Below are positions 1-28,700 of a stretch of 64,000 nt of DNA, piece by piece. The translations under genes were made by a program, and so were the position numbers. The stretch lies in contig OZ176053.1 of assembly GCA_964247055.1 (NCBI GenBank), forward strand, positions 4,650,001 through 4,714,000, written 5' to 3'. The notes beneath the pieces are model-generated. The model did not search any database. It was not told the DNA's origin and saw only the letters and a program-made list of their open reading frames with translations. Position 1 is the first letter of the stretch; each line of letters opens with the position of its first letter. Source of the DNA: Paragordius varius (Eukaryota; Animalia; Nematomorpha).

Positions 1-183
1 TCTGACATGGAACTTTTTTTTCAAAACTAAATTTTGTTTAGATATTTTCGCATATTTATATAATTTTATTAAGATAGAAGCATAAATTTAAATTTGGAAC
101 GTTTCCTTCAGTAGTTTTATAAAAATCCTAATTTATATTTATTCTGGGGTATTTAGATACCCCAATTTAAATCGAAGTGTAAC
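1..183 (+). mobile_element. Partial piggyBac-type MITE (family A), right end
   Basis: Matches the 3' part of the complete copy at 39294-39882 (ctggggtatttagataccccaattt..atcgaagtgt). Cut by the window edge. Confidence 0.75.
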
Positions 184-639
184 ACAATTTGGACATTTTT
201 TTGAAAAATTATTTTGCTTAAATTTAGCATAAAAAGTATTAAAATATCGCAATCACGGTTTGACTACGACGGTTTGCATATTATGTTTCAAAATCTTTTG
301 GTTGAAGATAAATTCTTCTAAAAATAAAATACATCCCTAACTATAAAAATCAAAATACTTGCACATAATTTTAGTTTTCATGGTAAGATCCTTAAGTGTC
401 ATATTTTTGAACACAGCTAAAAAGCCTTGTTTACTTATTATCAACACATAGAGTCGAGATGGCGCAATTAGAGATAAGAATATTTTTTTTATTCTCAATT
501 TGTTGAAGCTTTAATTGTTTTTTAAATCATGAGTATAAAATTGGTTTAAACGGAATTTCTACATATTTAATAATACCTCATTTTTTTGATTTAAATAAAT
601 TTACCTTCAAATATAAGTTAGAAAGCGATTTATTCATCA

Positions 640-3030
640 AAATTTTGAGGTGAGGTATTTTAGCTGCTTCTAATTGTATAGAAAAAGCGTATTTAGTTAA
701 ATATGTTTTTATAACGTTACCGGCATGTTTCAAAATACCATCAAACTTGCTTGAACTAAATTTGAAAAAAAATTATTTGAATATATAATATGCTTTTTTA
801 ATTTTTTATGATACCATAATATTAACAAAAGAGAAATAATCAGGATTATGGTTTAAGTTTGAGCTTACGAGATATTTAAGAAAGATATTTTTATTTATAA
901 CAATTCCATATCAAAAAATCGCAAAATTTGCCCATATTATCTTAATAAATTTTTTCGATGAATGCGCTTAATTATAAAATATCGCTAAAATATTGTATAT
1001 GAAAAAACAATTTTTATCAAATTTTAAATTTAGGATGTGGGCTCAAAAGTCTCAAAATTTTGGACCCGTCTAAAATGCGTTTTTAATAAATTAAACGTCG
1101 AAATGCCGATATTGAGGGATAAAAATTTTAGATATGTGCCAAAGTTTGACATTAAAAGTTTTTTAATAGAGAATTATTTAGGGGTATCGAGTTTTATGGT
1201 TTTCTGAAGCACGATAGAAAGTATATAAATAACTCTAAGATATTATAATAACCCTACTACCATATAATCCGATGAGAATATTTCTATAAGCTCGGATCTT
1301 TGATTAAAATATTTGTTTGGGTAAAAATTTAAATACACATTTTTGTTAAAAACACAATTTATATTAAGTTTTAATAGGTATAATTTAGAAAAACTATTTT
1401 TATACAGTTCACACTATGCTTCAATTTAAGATAATTGGTTTATAAAAATTTGCCATAAATTATATTTTTAAGCTAAATATTTTTTTCTTCGGAAAAAATT
1501 TTTTTTGATGTCATAATTAATAAGCATATATAAAAATTTTGTCGCGCTATCTCAGCTTTTTTGCTTTTAAAAAGAATTTTCTCAGACGGATCAGAAATTT
1601 TGTAACTTTCAGAGCTCCCATCTAAAAAAAAAAATTTTGTAAAATATTGTTTTGCTCTTTTATGTAGTTTATGAATATTAGAGATATTTTTTGAAATAAA
1701 TAAATAAATTTTACCACAAAAACTTTATATAACAAAATGTGCGCAAATTATGTCCTTTTCAGATTTAAAAAGTTACAAAATTGTAAATATCTTTTATAAG
1801 GGCAACCAAAAGCACCATGATAATCTTGATAAAGTTTCCCATCAGAATAAATATTTTTCATCATGTTTTTTATACCACAATTCTTTTTTTAATTGACATA
1901 ACGTGGCGGATCGCTACGTTCCGATACAGCGCAATTACTGAAAAAGTGTTCACTCTTTAAATCCTACGCACCAAATATAACCAATTATGTTACTGTCTAT
2001 AATTCGCTTTAATTAGAAATACCCCATAAAATAATGCTGCTAAAAAATGCAGAAAAACTATGGTGCCAAAAATTTGTGAAGTTTACAATATAACGGAGAT
2101 CATAGAATTCATATTTTTAAAATCAATATCATAAAAATTTTACAAGTTATTAAATTATAAATCCCCAGGAAAAAGACATCTAAGAAAACGTTTTATCAAT
2201 AAAATTAATACTTCTTAACCTTTTAAGGTACAGAGAGATTTTAAAACCTAATACAAATTCGATATTGGGCCAAATTTAAAAATATGCTTTCTTTAGATTT
2301 TAAATCCCATGATTAAAAATATTTTTTTTAAAAAAATTTAAAATGTATTAAACCTCGCCGGCATTAAAAGGCAAATAAATGTATAATATGGTTGAAAAAT
2401 AAGAAAATATACTTTCTAGTGGTATACCAGTATTGATATTAATTTAAAATAAACTGTCTGTGTTAATCGGATTTTAAAGCTTTCCCGGTTCGAAACTCTA
2501 CAAGTCCAAATCTAAACTCTAGAAATTAAAAAAACTGTTAAAATTTATAGTTTTTTAATATAAAAAATAATGCTTGATAATAATTATATTTTAACCTAAA
2601 AATTTCAAAACATTTACAATTTTTATACTTCGATTCCAATTAGTGTGGTGACTCCAGACCATATTTAAAGAAAATAAAAAACTACTGAAAGGAACGGAAT
2701 TTTATTTGCCTCTATGCCTCCAAAATCGGGGATTATAAAAATATATCCTGATGAACTTTATATATGCTGATACTAAAATCGATCAGGATTATCATGGTGC
2801 TTTTGGCTCTTACGAGCACTATGAGAGAATTATTACTTTTGTACTAGCTGCTGCATATCAGAAAATGGCAAAATTTGCTTTTATGAAACAAACATTTTTG
2901 GTGAAAGCTAAATGCTCTATTTCAGCTAAAATTCATTATAGATTTTATATAAAAAGCAAAAAAACATTTTTAAAAATTTATATTTTGGATGTGTCCGAAG
3001 GCCCCAAATTTTTATGTCTCGGTGCGCGAT
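640..3030. repeat. Cluster of decayed arms of a long-inverted-repeat (foldback) family C, plus a degenerate family A piece near 2625-2730
   Basis: Recurring motifs gtgggctc..aaaa..tttgg(c)acccg (about 1037), taagggc..ccaaaagcacc (about 1798) and gaaagctaaatgc (about 2904) also occur at 38150-39200 and 46260-48480. Confidence 0.5.
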
Positions 3031-3666
3031 AAAAATTTTATGCTAAGATGACTAAAAATATTAAAAAATGCATACTTTTTAAAATGTAATAATTAATGTT
3101 TTTTGAATTGTACTCTAAACACACTAAGATATGAACCTCTTTTTCTATATCTTTCGTAGATGCTGAACATAGCTCAGAATATAAAGATTTGTTCGCTAAA
3201 CTTTGTATCATTTTATAAAAAACACAATTTACATTCAACAGAAGTTTGAAAACAAAGATAATAGTAATGATCAGTTTATCCAAATATATAGTTAAAGGCT
3301 CAAACATAAAGGCCAAAAACTTCATACATTTCCTCGCAGAGTATATGAATTTTATGAAGATATTGTTTAACGATTTCGGACCTAGTGTAAGTGCTAACTT
3401 TTGCAATGGTAATTTATTCCATACCTTTAAAATATTTGATTATAACAGACTTGTTTCATTAATTACTCCTTTATCGAAGAACGAAGCGAAAGTGTTGCAT
3501 TTAAGTGTTTAGGTCTGGGGTCCAAAACTACAAAATGTAATCTGGTACAAAAAATGAAAAGATATTGAGGTGTTATAATGGATTTTATACAAAAATTCGC
3601 AATAAAAAAATTAATCTACTTATCAAACAAATTATTTTTCTGAAATATGTTGGGTTTTTATATGAT

Positions 3667-4254
3667 TTAACACTTCGATTCAAATTGGGGTATCTAAATA
3701 CCCCAGACAAAATTTAAATTAAAATTTTTAAAAAACTACTGAAGGAAACGGTCCAAATTTATATTTATACTTCTATCCTGATAAATATTATATAAATATG
3801 CCAAAATATCTTGATAAAATTTTGTTTTGAAAAAAAGTTCCATCTCAAACTACTTCGACGCCATTTTTATTTTAAAAAATTTTTGCAAAATATCGTTTTT
3901 ATTGAATTTTAAGGGTAAAACTAAAGCTAATTTTTTATATAAATTACATCTAACATTGATAGAAATAGATAAAGCGGTTTATTTTGTATTATTTTTTAAT
4001 TTTAAAATTTGACACATGTCACGTTGACGAAATTTTTACCTTTCGGTTTTAGCTCAAAATAAGTAATATCAAGTATTTTTCAATATAATTTTTTTTATAT
4101 TTCGGTGTTTTAATGTTATATAAGTGCAAAATTTTGCCATGGTTTCGATGCCTTCCATACTTTTAAAGTATTTGATTTTAAACAGGCCTGGGGTATCTAA
4201 CTACCCCAATTTGAATCGAAGGACTAAAATGAGTGTGTTGTATCCAAGTGTTAA
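3667..4254 (-). mobile_element. piggyBac-type MITE (family A), complete, about 580 bp
   Basis: TTAA at both ends (3667-3670, 4251-4254). Termini TTAACACTT with internal inverted repeat CGATTCAAATTGGGGTA set off by an asymmetric spacer. Reverse-complement match to 39294-39882. Confidence 0.85.
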
Positions 4255-4346
4255 AAAATTATTTAATATCCTGTATTTCAATAAGGAAAACATCTCAACT
4301 ATTGTATTTCAACAGTTGTTGCAACTCTACCAAATTTAAATTTTTT

Positions 4347-4684
4347 ATGTCGATTGATAAAATTAATTTGTATGACGATATAAAATACATTGCAGAAGAC
4401 CGAAAAAATCAAGAAACTCAAACATGTAGTGAGGTATAAATAGGTTAATTTTAAGCTGGATAATGAAGAGATTTTACGGCTGAGAAAAAGCATTATCGTA
4501 TTATATACTATGGCTGATGACAGAATAAAAGAGATTGCTAAATCAAAAGATAAACTAATGGTTAAAAACACAAAACTTTTAAAAGAAAATAGGGAGTTAA
4601 AACTTGCCATGAAGTAAATGCATTAATTATTTTAGAAAACATGAAGAATCTATATCAAAAGTTATGAATAATTTATCCATATAA
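4347..4684 (+). CDS. Small (97 aa) predicted coiled-coil protein of unknown family, 3 exons
   Basis: Exons 4347-4433, 4456-4613, 4636-4684. Two 22-nt GT-AG introns each remove an in-frame stop. Product MSIDKINLYDDIKYIAEDRKNQETQTCSELDNEEILRLRKSIIVLY...LKLAMKKHEESISKVMNNLSI. No homologue recognised. Confidence 0.65.
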
Positions 4685-4719
4685 ATTAAAAATATAGCCA
4701 AAAAATTTATAAATAAATT

Positions 4720-6427
4720 TTATATTATATTTGGTGGTTCAATGATATTATGTATTTTACGAAATTCATTCAAAGGCATTCGCCAATATTTTTCATAATA
4801 TATTGACATAAGAAAATCGGCTTTGTATCCACAATCTATTGCCCATTGCTGATATTTCTCCAAGTACAATTGTTTTTGTCTAATTAAAAATCGTAAATAT
4901 AAAAAATATATTTAAAAAATAACATTTGTTTTTATTAAAATTTAATATTTATTTCTGTCGGTTAAAGTGACCAGATGACTAATCAATTACAGCATTATTT
5001 CCAGAAATAGGATTCTTTTATGGCTGCGTCGTTATGTATACTTGTTTAAAAAATGATATATGGATCACAACGATGGCAAATAAAATCTTTATGATTTAGT
5101 ATTAAAATAGTAAATCTAAATGGAGGTAGCCTATCTATAACATACCGTTATCGCATATAAGCCATTCCTAAGCTCAAAGCATAACATTATAATATTTCAT
5201 TAATTGGGTTCTCGTAACTGTGTTCAGTAATAATAAGCAGTATTTTTGATTGTAGTTTAATGTTGCCGTTATGTTAACATATGTAATTAACATTTTAGCT
5301 GAAACTTTTTAAAATGCATTATTGAGCGGTTAAACTACTTGCTGTCTTATTTTGATATAAAACCTAGCTAATACTATTTTTGTAGATATAACTTATCCCT
5401 TATACTTTGGTGTAAATCTGAATGGGCCAAATAAGGAGGCTAGAATGCACATGGGAAGGCCTGTTTGAATGGCTTCAACCCATTTGACACAAACTTCACC
5501 CAACATATTTGTGGGCATCCCCAACACCGTGTGTGATAAATCATGGATTTCTCGATACCGTTGCATGATGTAAGCTAATTCAGGATCATTAACAAAATGA
5601 ACAGGTTTTCTTGTGTCAGGACTAACATTCTATAGCCACATAAATTTGATAGAATATACATTTTATTTTTTATTATAGGGTAAGGGTTTAAATTATATAA
5701 ATAGACCCAATGGGGTTCAACATTCATCTTCCAGTGCTCACAATGGCGGATAATTGTTCAGACTAGGTTAAAAAACTATATTGTCAAATGTGATCCTATT
5801 CGACCATTACCATAATTAACGCGTAGTCAAAGTCCAAAGAATAATCTTTTATATTATTTAACACTAAATGGTGAATACCTCGCTATATTAAATACAAATA
5901 AATATATATAAAAACCCGTAGTCAGCTTCTTTATTTTTATAGAAACCAAAACGTTAAGTCCAATGCTTTGTTAATTTGAATAGCCTATATAGGGTTTAAC
6001 ATTATTTTTAATAAAAATATATGACAACCAAAATTATTTTAAATACATGTATTGATAATATATATTTACATTTACTATGTACCATCTAGCGTAATTATAT
6101 CCTAGGGTATCTGTAGGGAGTGAATAGAGTTCATTAAAATCAAAATACATGCTATTAATACGCGGTTTATCTCTTGTCACCTAATTAAATAAATATTACT
6201 GGAGGATTTGGGCACCTTCAATGCTGTTACGAAGTTTTTTTCTTATCTTAATTAAAGAGCGGTTTGCTAAAGTCTCGCCAAAAGTCGCAATCATATCTAC
6301 AACTTCAAATTGTTTTGTTACCATCTCTTTTTGGATCTATCATACAAAGTAAGCCCGAACCAATAGTTAAAACCGTTTTTTGAAGAAAATTCGTTGGTAT
6401 AAATGTAGTGTGTATTGGCGATCCCAT
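4720..6427 (-). CDS. COQ4: Ubiquinone biosynthesis protein COQ4, 5 exons, 229 aa
   Basis: Exons 6427-6322, 6296-6200, 6172-6070, 5629-5406, 4879-4720 (690 nt, open). Contains [59 protein letters not shown] with the HDxxH-x11-E metal motif, and C-terminal IYYEKYW. Missed by the ORF track. Confidence 0.92.
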
Positions 6428-6470
6428 TAGCCATCTGGTTTTACCGTACTAGCTTTTACACACATGTGTC
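6428..6470. promoter_or_regulatory. 43-bp interval between divergent COQ4 and BORCS8 start codons (putative bidirectional promoter or overlapping 5' UTRs)
   Basis: ATG on the minus strand at 6427 and ATG on the plus strand at 6471. Contains the palindrome ACACATGTGT. Confidence 0.55.
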
Positions 6471-6812
6471 ATGAGCAAATTGGAAACAGCAGCGAAAATT
6501 GGTATTTTATTTTTTATTTTAACTAGCTGTGGATAGATTTGTGGAAAATATTGAAATTGTTGCAAATGAACCTTCTCTAGCCCTTTTTAGGATATCTGAA
6601 CATGTTAGAAAATCATTGTTGGAACTCACCAAATCCAAAGTTTTATGTTTTTAATATATTAGTTATCAATTGAAAATACGCATGAAAAGCTGCTGGGAAG
6701 TATGTATGACATCGACTCTTCTATTAATGTATTATCAAAATATGAGAATAGTTTAAAGACTTGTAAAGATATTCATTCAGCGCTACATACTATCGTATCA
6801 AATATAAAATAG
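6471..6812 (+). CDS. BORCS8: BLOC-1-related complex subunit 8 (BORCS8/MEF2BNB), 3 exons, 97 aa
   Basis: Exons 6471-6501, 6527-6639, 6663-6812. Introns are 25 and 23 nt. AVDRFVENIEIVANEPSLALFRISEHVRKSL matches the family motif (human VTDKFTESVYVLANEPSVALYRLQEHVRRSL, from memory). Confidence 0.88.
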
Positions 6813-6841
6813 ATTTATTTATGATAAATGCGTGCAAAAAA

Positions 6842-22288
<15,447 letters not shown>

Positions 22289-22786
22289 TTACGAAATATA
22301 TGATTTAAAAATTGATCTCATTAAAAACTGCAAAATCAGGAGATATATGGATTAGAATATTGAAAGCCGTTTTATCTACATGCGCATTTTGAGTGTTATG
22401 TTTCACATGGCCGTGACCCTATTTTTCAACAAGATATTCCATACATTATCATAATAAGCCAGTCATTATTTTTTAAAAAATAATATAGCTAATATTATGG
22501 GCCTATTTCTCAACTCACGGGTCTCTAGCGGTTTAGAAAATGTTTTGTGCAAAGACAAATGCATCTTGATTGGCAAATTCTTTACAGAGGTCACGATTAC
22601 GACGCATATACAGCTCGCAAATATTTTATAAAGTCTTTTTTTACCGAATCAATAGCATAATTTAGGTCAAGATTTATGAATCCAATCTAAATGCAACCTT
22701 CTAGCTAACAACTTACAAATTAATATAATTCCGTAGAGAGCTTAATATTAAAAAAGGGATGGGCCATTTTCGCAGACCGTTTAAAT

Positions 22787-25700
22787 CAGTGGTACTCAAA
22801 CCGCGGCCCTAAGAGTGCTTAAAAATTGCCCTATGACCAAATTAATTTTATTTTTTATGGATGAATTTTTAAAATAGACATAAACGAATTTTCGACTATT
22901 TAAATTTTAATTTATTTTCTTAAGATATTATTTTGGTATATATACCCAATTTGAAATGGAGAAAATTTTCCTAATTAAAATGATTTCAAAATTTTGGCAC
23001 ACGTTGTTTCTGCTGTATTTTCTTTTCTATTTGGAATTATTGAATTTCTTTTTGGTATTTAAACAGCCTTTCACCCAAACTTGCATATACATATTCTTTT
23101 CAATGTTATCCTGCATCATTTATATAATTCATTCCCATAAAATATTTTCGAGTCAACTTCATTAAATTTCGACCTGTTTTTTTAATGCATAATTAAAATT
23201 ATATTCTAATTTTTTTAAAAAAAATACATAATATTTAAACATAAATTTAAAGAATGACATCTAATGCTAAAAACGTAAATTATTCGATGAAAATCGCACC
23301 CTTAAAAAAAGAATGGGAAGAACAATTCTTTGTCGTTTTAAATAAAAACAGACAATTTACAATACATCATTTTCATAAAATACCAGAAAATCATGAGAAA
23401 AGATATAGCTAACCACATCCGTGACAGAGTATTCAACCGCCGTAAATTCAAAAACCTTCAAAGATATCCCCAGTGATGATTCTTTTGTACACCGTTGTGA
23501 GATAACTAGCCTTAGCAAAAAATAAATAGATTTTTTGTTTTAAGACATGAAATTCTTTTATTTATAAAAGATAACAGAATGACGGGAAATTAATAGTGAC
23601 AAATGGTGGGTTTTATTAGCCTATCTTTGCGACATTACTTATAAATTTAGTATTTTTAAACAAGTCTTCAAGGGAGCAAAATAATAACCAAATTTGCTAA
23701 TAAAATATCTGCTTTTGAAGAAAAATTAATAATATATAAACAAAATTATATAAATAACTCCTATATTTTCCAACAATTATATCGATTCATAAAGAAAATA
23801 TGGAATTTACCGCGAAGATTAATTTAATAATAGACAATCATCTAACATTTAAATGAGATGAAATTCAGATTTAAAGAATTAAGAAATATTAAAATCGCTT
23901 TAAAACTCGTTGAAAATCCATGGCATATGTGTTAATTGGTTATAACCTTAAGTTATATTATTATTATTTATTATATAATTTATATGACATTGTATGTACA
24001 AGTATTCTAATTATAGTTGCCAACTTTATAACCTTAAGTTAAATTATACGACATTGTAGTTAATAAATGTACTTAATTTGAGTTATTAATTCATATGTCG
24101 TCTCTATTCTAAGCGCATTATTGGTGCCGTTAATGGACGAAATTTCCAAAATCAGTATTAACGAATACGATCCAAACACTAATTTTAAACAATACTTAAA
24201 GCACGTGAATCGTATCTTAATCGCTAAAAACATTAATCCAAATGATGAAATATTTAAACTTATTCCTGGCCTATGCAGGACTACGCACAATCTCTAAACT
24301 GGAAAACCAAGCGTTTCCTACGAAAATAGAGGAGATGACATGGGCTCAAATTCAAAAATTGGCAATGCAAATCTTTGCCCCGGACAAAAGCATATGGCTG
24401 AGTCGTAAAGAATTCTTTAAAACAACCAGACAAGAAGGCGAACCAATCATGAGTTATATGGAAAGATTAAAAGTACTAGCTGACGATTGTGATTTTGAAG
24501 GCAATATCTCATACTTATTAAGAGATGTTTTCTTGATAGGACTAAATATGCCAATCCTAGAACGGGAATTACATATAAGATTCCCCACGGGTCAAAATGA
24601 AGGCGAACCAGTGTCACTACAAATGGTAATTGATATGGCGCATTCCCTCGAAGTGATTGAACCGAAGGTGCTGAAAATCCGCCAAGAAAGAACCATACAC
24701 CAAAGAGACTGCCAAAGATGTGGGAAATGTCATGCAATCGATAAATGCAGTGCAAAGGGTCAACGATGCTATAAGTGCGGAAAATACAACCATTTTGCAA
24801 AGTATTGCCGAACCAAATATCCCACCAAACCAGGTATTCGGGCAGTGACAAATTCAACGGGGATGGGCCCAACGATAACAGTGCAACTTAACGGAATAGA
24901 AACATCAATGTTGTTTGACACCGGTGCTGATGTGACAGTTATCAATGAGAGATGCTGGAAATCAACAGGAAAACCACGACTGGAGGTAGGACAAAGACTA
25001 TCCACATACAATAATGAAACTATCCCGACCATGGGTAAAACAGAATTGCGCGTAACAATGAACGGTACGACAAAAACCCTTGAATGTTTAGTAACCGAGG
25101 GAGATCGGCCATTAATTTTTGGTCTCCCTTGGATCCGTGCATTTGCTTTAAATTTACCAGATAATGTGATGATCAATAATATAACTAATAAATCTATATA
25201 TAACCAGTATAATAGGTTGTTCTCGGACGGGTTAGGCTGTCTTAAGGATATGGAGGTATCGATTGTGATAAAAAATAATGCAACACCCAAAATATACCCC
25301 TGCAGGAGAGTTCCCCTACCCCTCCAAGAACGTGTGGAAAAGGAACTAGATAGATTGATAAACCTAGGTGTCTTGAGAAAAATTGGCCCAAATAGGGAGC
25401 GAATATCGTGGGCCACACCAACAGTAAATATATTAAAACTAAATGGCCAAATAAGGATATGTGCGGATTTTCGAATCAGCCTCAATCCTCATTTTCTACC
25501 CGATTCCCACGTAATCCCCACCTTTGTTGAACTAATCTCAAGAACAGCTCAAGGGACAGTTTTTACGTCACTAGACCTGAAGGATGCTTACCTGCAAATT
25601 CCCATAAAACAATCATCACAACCACTACTGACCATAACTACCCATCAAGGTTTTTATTGTTACCAACGACTTCCATTTGGGTTGACTACGGCCCCTCATA

Positions 25701-28700
25701 TATTTCAACGAATCATGGATAATTTGATTGGTGATATACCAGGTATATGTATCTATTTAGATGACATATTAATATCAGGTAAAACAAGAACCGAACATGA
25801 CGCCACATTGACCAGGGTATTGCAACGATTGGAAGCTGCAGGGTTGAAACTGAGCAGAGACAAATTGCAACTTGCCGTTTCATCTGTCAATTACATGGGA
25901 TATGAAATTTCAAAGAATGGAATTCGTCCCACCAATGACAAAATTCAAGCTTTGATCAATTGTCCGAGACCCACCAATAAGACAGAACTAAGATCATTTT
26001 TAGGACTGCTAAACTTTCATGAACGATTCACAAATCTCCATCAAGCGATATGCAACCTCCACAGAAACACAGGTTCAATTAGACCATGGGCCTGGACCGA
26101 GATAGAAGAAGAGGAGTTCCAATCCGCAAAACAACTAATGATAAATTACAATACATTAATACCGTATAACCCAAATTGGCCAATACTAATAGAAACAGAC
26201 GCATCAAACAAGGGATTTGGAGCGATCTTACTACATATTACCCCGGAAGGAAAGCGTTCCATATCATACGCTTCACGCAAATGCACCGATGCCGAAACCA
26301 ATTATTCAACAATAGAGAAAGAAGCAAAAGCTATCACGTATGCTATAGAAAAATTTAAACCATTTATATATGGTAGAAAATTCAAAATTATAACCGACCA
26401 CAAACCACTAATCGGGTTATTTGGTCGAACTCGAAATTTACAAAATATTAATAATGCTAAACTTCTTAGATGGATCTATAAAACATCGGGATACGACTAT
26501 GAAATCGAATATAAAAAAGGGCAAAACAACTTAGCCGACGCTCTATCCAGATTACCAAATAATGATAATACCATGGAGGTGCAAAATGAAGATGATGAGG
26601 TATCACACACGGTAAAATTTTTAACTATGAATAAATTTAATTTAAGTAAAGAGTTAGTGGAGGAGGAGATAAGGTTAGATCCATTGGCAAACAAACTTAA
26701 ATCAGCAATAAGAACAAATGATTGGAGTGATCCAAGTATAAAGGAATTTCTGAAATAAAAAATGAGATTCAAATATACTATAATCTTTTATTTGTAAATG
26801 ACAGATTACTAATACCCACATCCTTGCAGCGGGAGGTAATGAAATTCCTACATACTGGACATAACGGAGCGCAATCGATGAAACAACAAGCAAGACAATC
26901 CATATATTGGCCAAACTTAGAAAAAGATTTAGAAAATTTTGTAGAAACATGTGAACAGTGTCAAAGAAACAAGCCTAATATAAAGGAAAATCCAACGTGG
27001 AAATGAAATTTCAACACCGCGTTGTGGGAGAGAATTCACATCGACATAGCCGGCCCCATAGATGGTTATTTTTGGTTAGTTACCATTGATAGCGCTTCAA
27101 GATGGGTTGAGGTGGATCTACTCAAATCGATAACCTCACAACAATTATTGAATTGTTTAGAAAAACACATGGCCAGATTTGGTTTTCCGAGACAGATAGT
27201 CACTGATAATGGGCCATACTTTACATCCCATGAATTCAGAAGTACCTTACATAATCTTAATATAAAACATATTTTAGTGAGTCCATACCATCCCAAGTCC
27301 AATGGATTGGTTGAAAGATGTATTGCAACCCTCAAATTCAGATATAGAGCTACGAAAACGCAAACAATGCATGCCCACGAGGCAATCAACACGATTTTAT
27401 ATGGCTATCGAAATTCAACACACAGTGCCATTATGAATACACCATCACAAGTCTTTCTGAAGAGACACCCAAATGGTCCGATGTCATGGCTCAAAACACA
27501 AACAACTGAGTTTATCGATAATGAAATAGAACCGACTCGCCAGTTCGTTCCAAGAGAGAAGGTTTTTATAAAAAATGAAATAGAAAAAGGATGGAGGGCA
27601 GGGGAAATATTAGAACGCAGGGGTCCATTGTCATATATGGTAACAGACGAAACAGACAGAGTTCTTAGAAAACACACTGATCAATTAAAACAAAGCATGG
27701 AATGTCCGAGAACAAGCACGCCAGCGCCCGAAACACCAATTAATTCCGAAGAAAATACCTCTACTCCACCAGATCTCGAAGCCGTAAACAATAATATACA
27801 ACCATCGCCGATAGGCATAACCACACAGGATAATAACGTAGCTCCAACAACGAATATAGACATGCCTAAACCCAGGTACCCACAACGCCAGCGAAAACCC
27901 CCAGACCGCTTTACTATAGGGGGAAGATAATGTTAATTGGTTATAACCTTAAGTTATATTATTATTTATTATATAATTTATATGACATTGTATGTACAAG
28001 TATTCTAATTATAGTTGCCAACTTTATAACCTTAAGTTAAATTATACGACTTTGTAGTTAATAAATGTACTTAATTTTAGTTATTAATTCATATGTCGTC
28101 TCTATTCTAAACGCATTAATATGGATATCCAATATTAAGCAAATTGAGCATTTCGGTTTTGATCTGGCGCATATCATTAAAGAATTCATAGATTTAATAA
28201 ATTATTCTAATTTGGAAGCTATAATCAAGAGAATCGTAGAGAAGAAAGATATGTAGAGTTTTGGCAAGATGTGCCAAATAAATATGAAAATATAAAAAAA
28301 TATGATCAAGTCATCTTAATTTTTTTCCCTCTATTTACACGTGTGAGACGGCATATTCAAAAAAGAAGCATGTCAAGAATACATACAGAAATCGTTAAAC
28401 CAATGATCATATGGACGACCTATTAAGATTGGCTTGTTATGAGGCGGAAGCATATTTGTCAAAAATTATTGGTTAATATCATATTAAATGTTGTTATCAA
28501 AATATTTTAATTTTTTAAATTAAATGGTTCAAAACGAGTTTTTAGCTGAATTTACAAGCCATCCGCAAAAAATTCATTGTATTGATTTAGCATAAATATG
28601 TCCATATGTGTCAAATAGCTATGGAATATTTGCCATTATTAGGTTCATGGCCCTCGAAAAAAAAATATATTTTATTTGGCCCGTCAAATTTTTTTGGTGA

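Noticed and set aside
2751-4339. Short ORFs in the track at 2751-4339 and similar ones at 20845, 22956, 30801, 38995, 48723, 50858, 52657, 54240 and 55504
   Set aside because: They fall in MITE or AT-rich repeat sequence, are F/I/K/L/N-rich, and have no motif or splice support.
24447-27885. Long antisense ORFs over the Gypsy element (238, 141, 108 and 90 aa)
   Set aside because: These are shadow frames opposite a real coding strand with no motifs.
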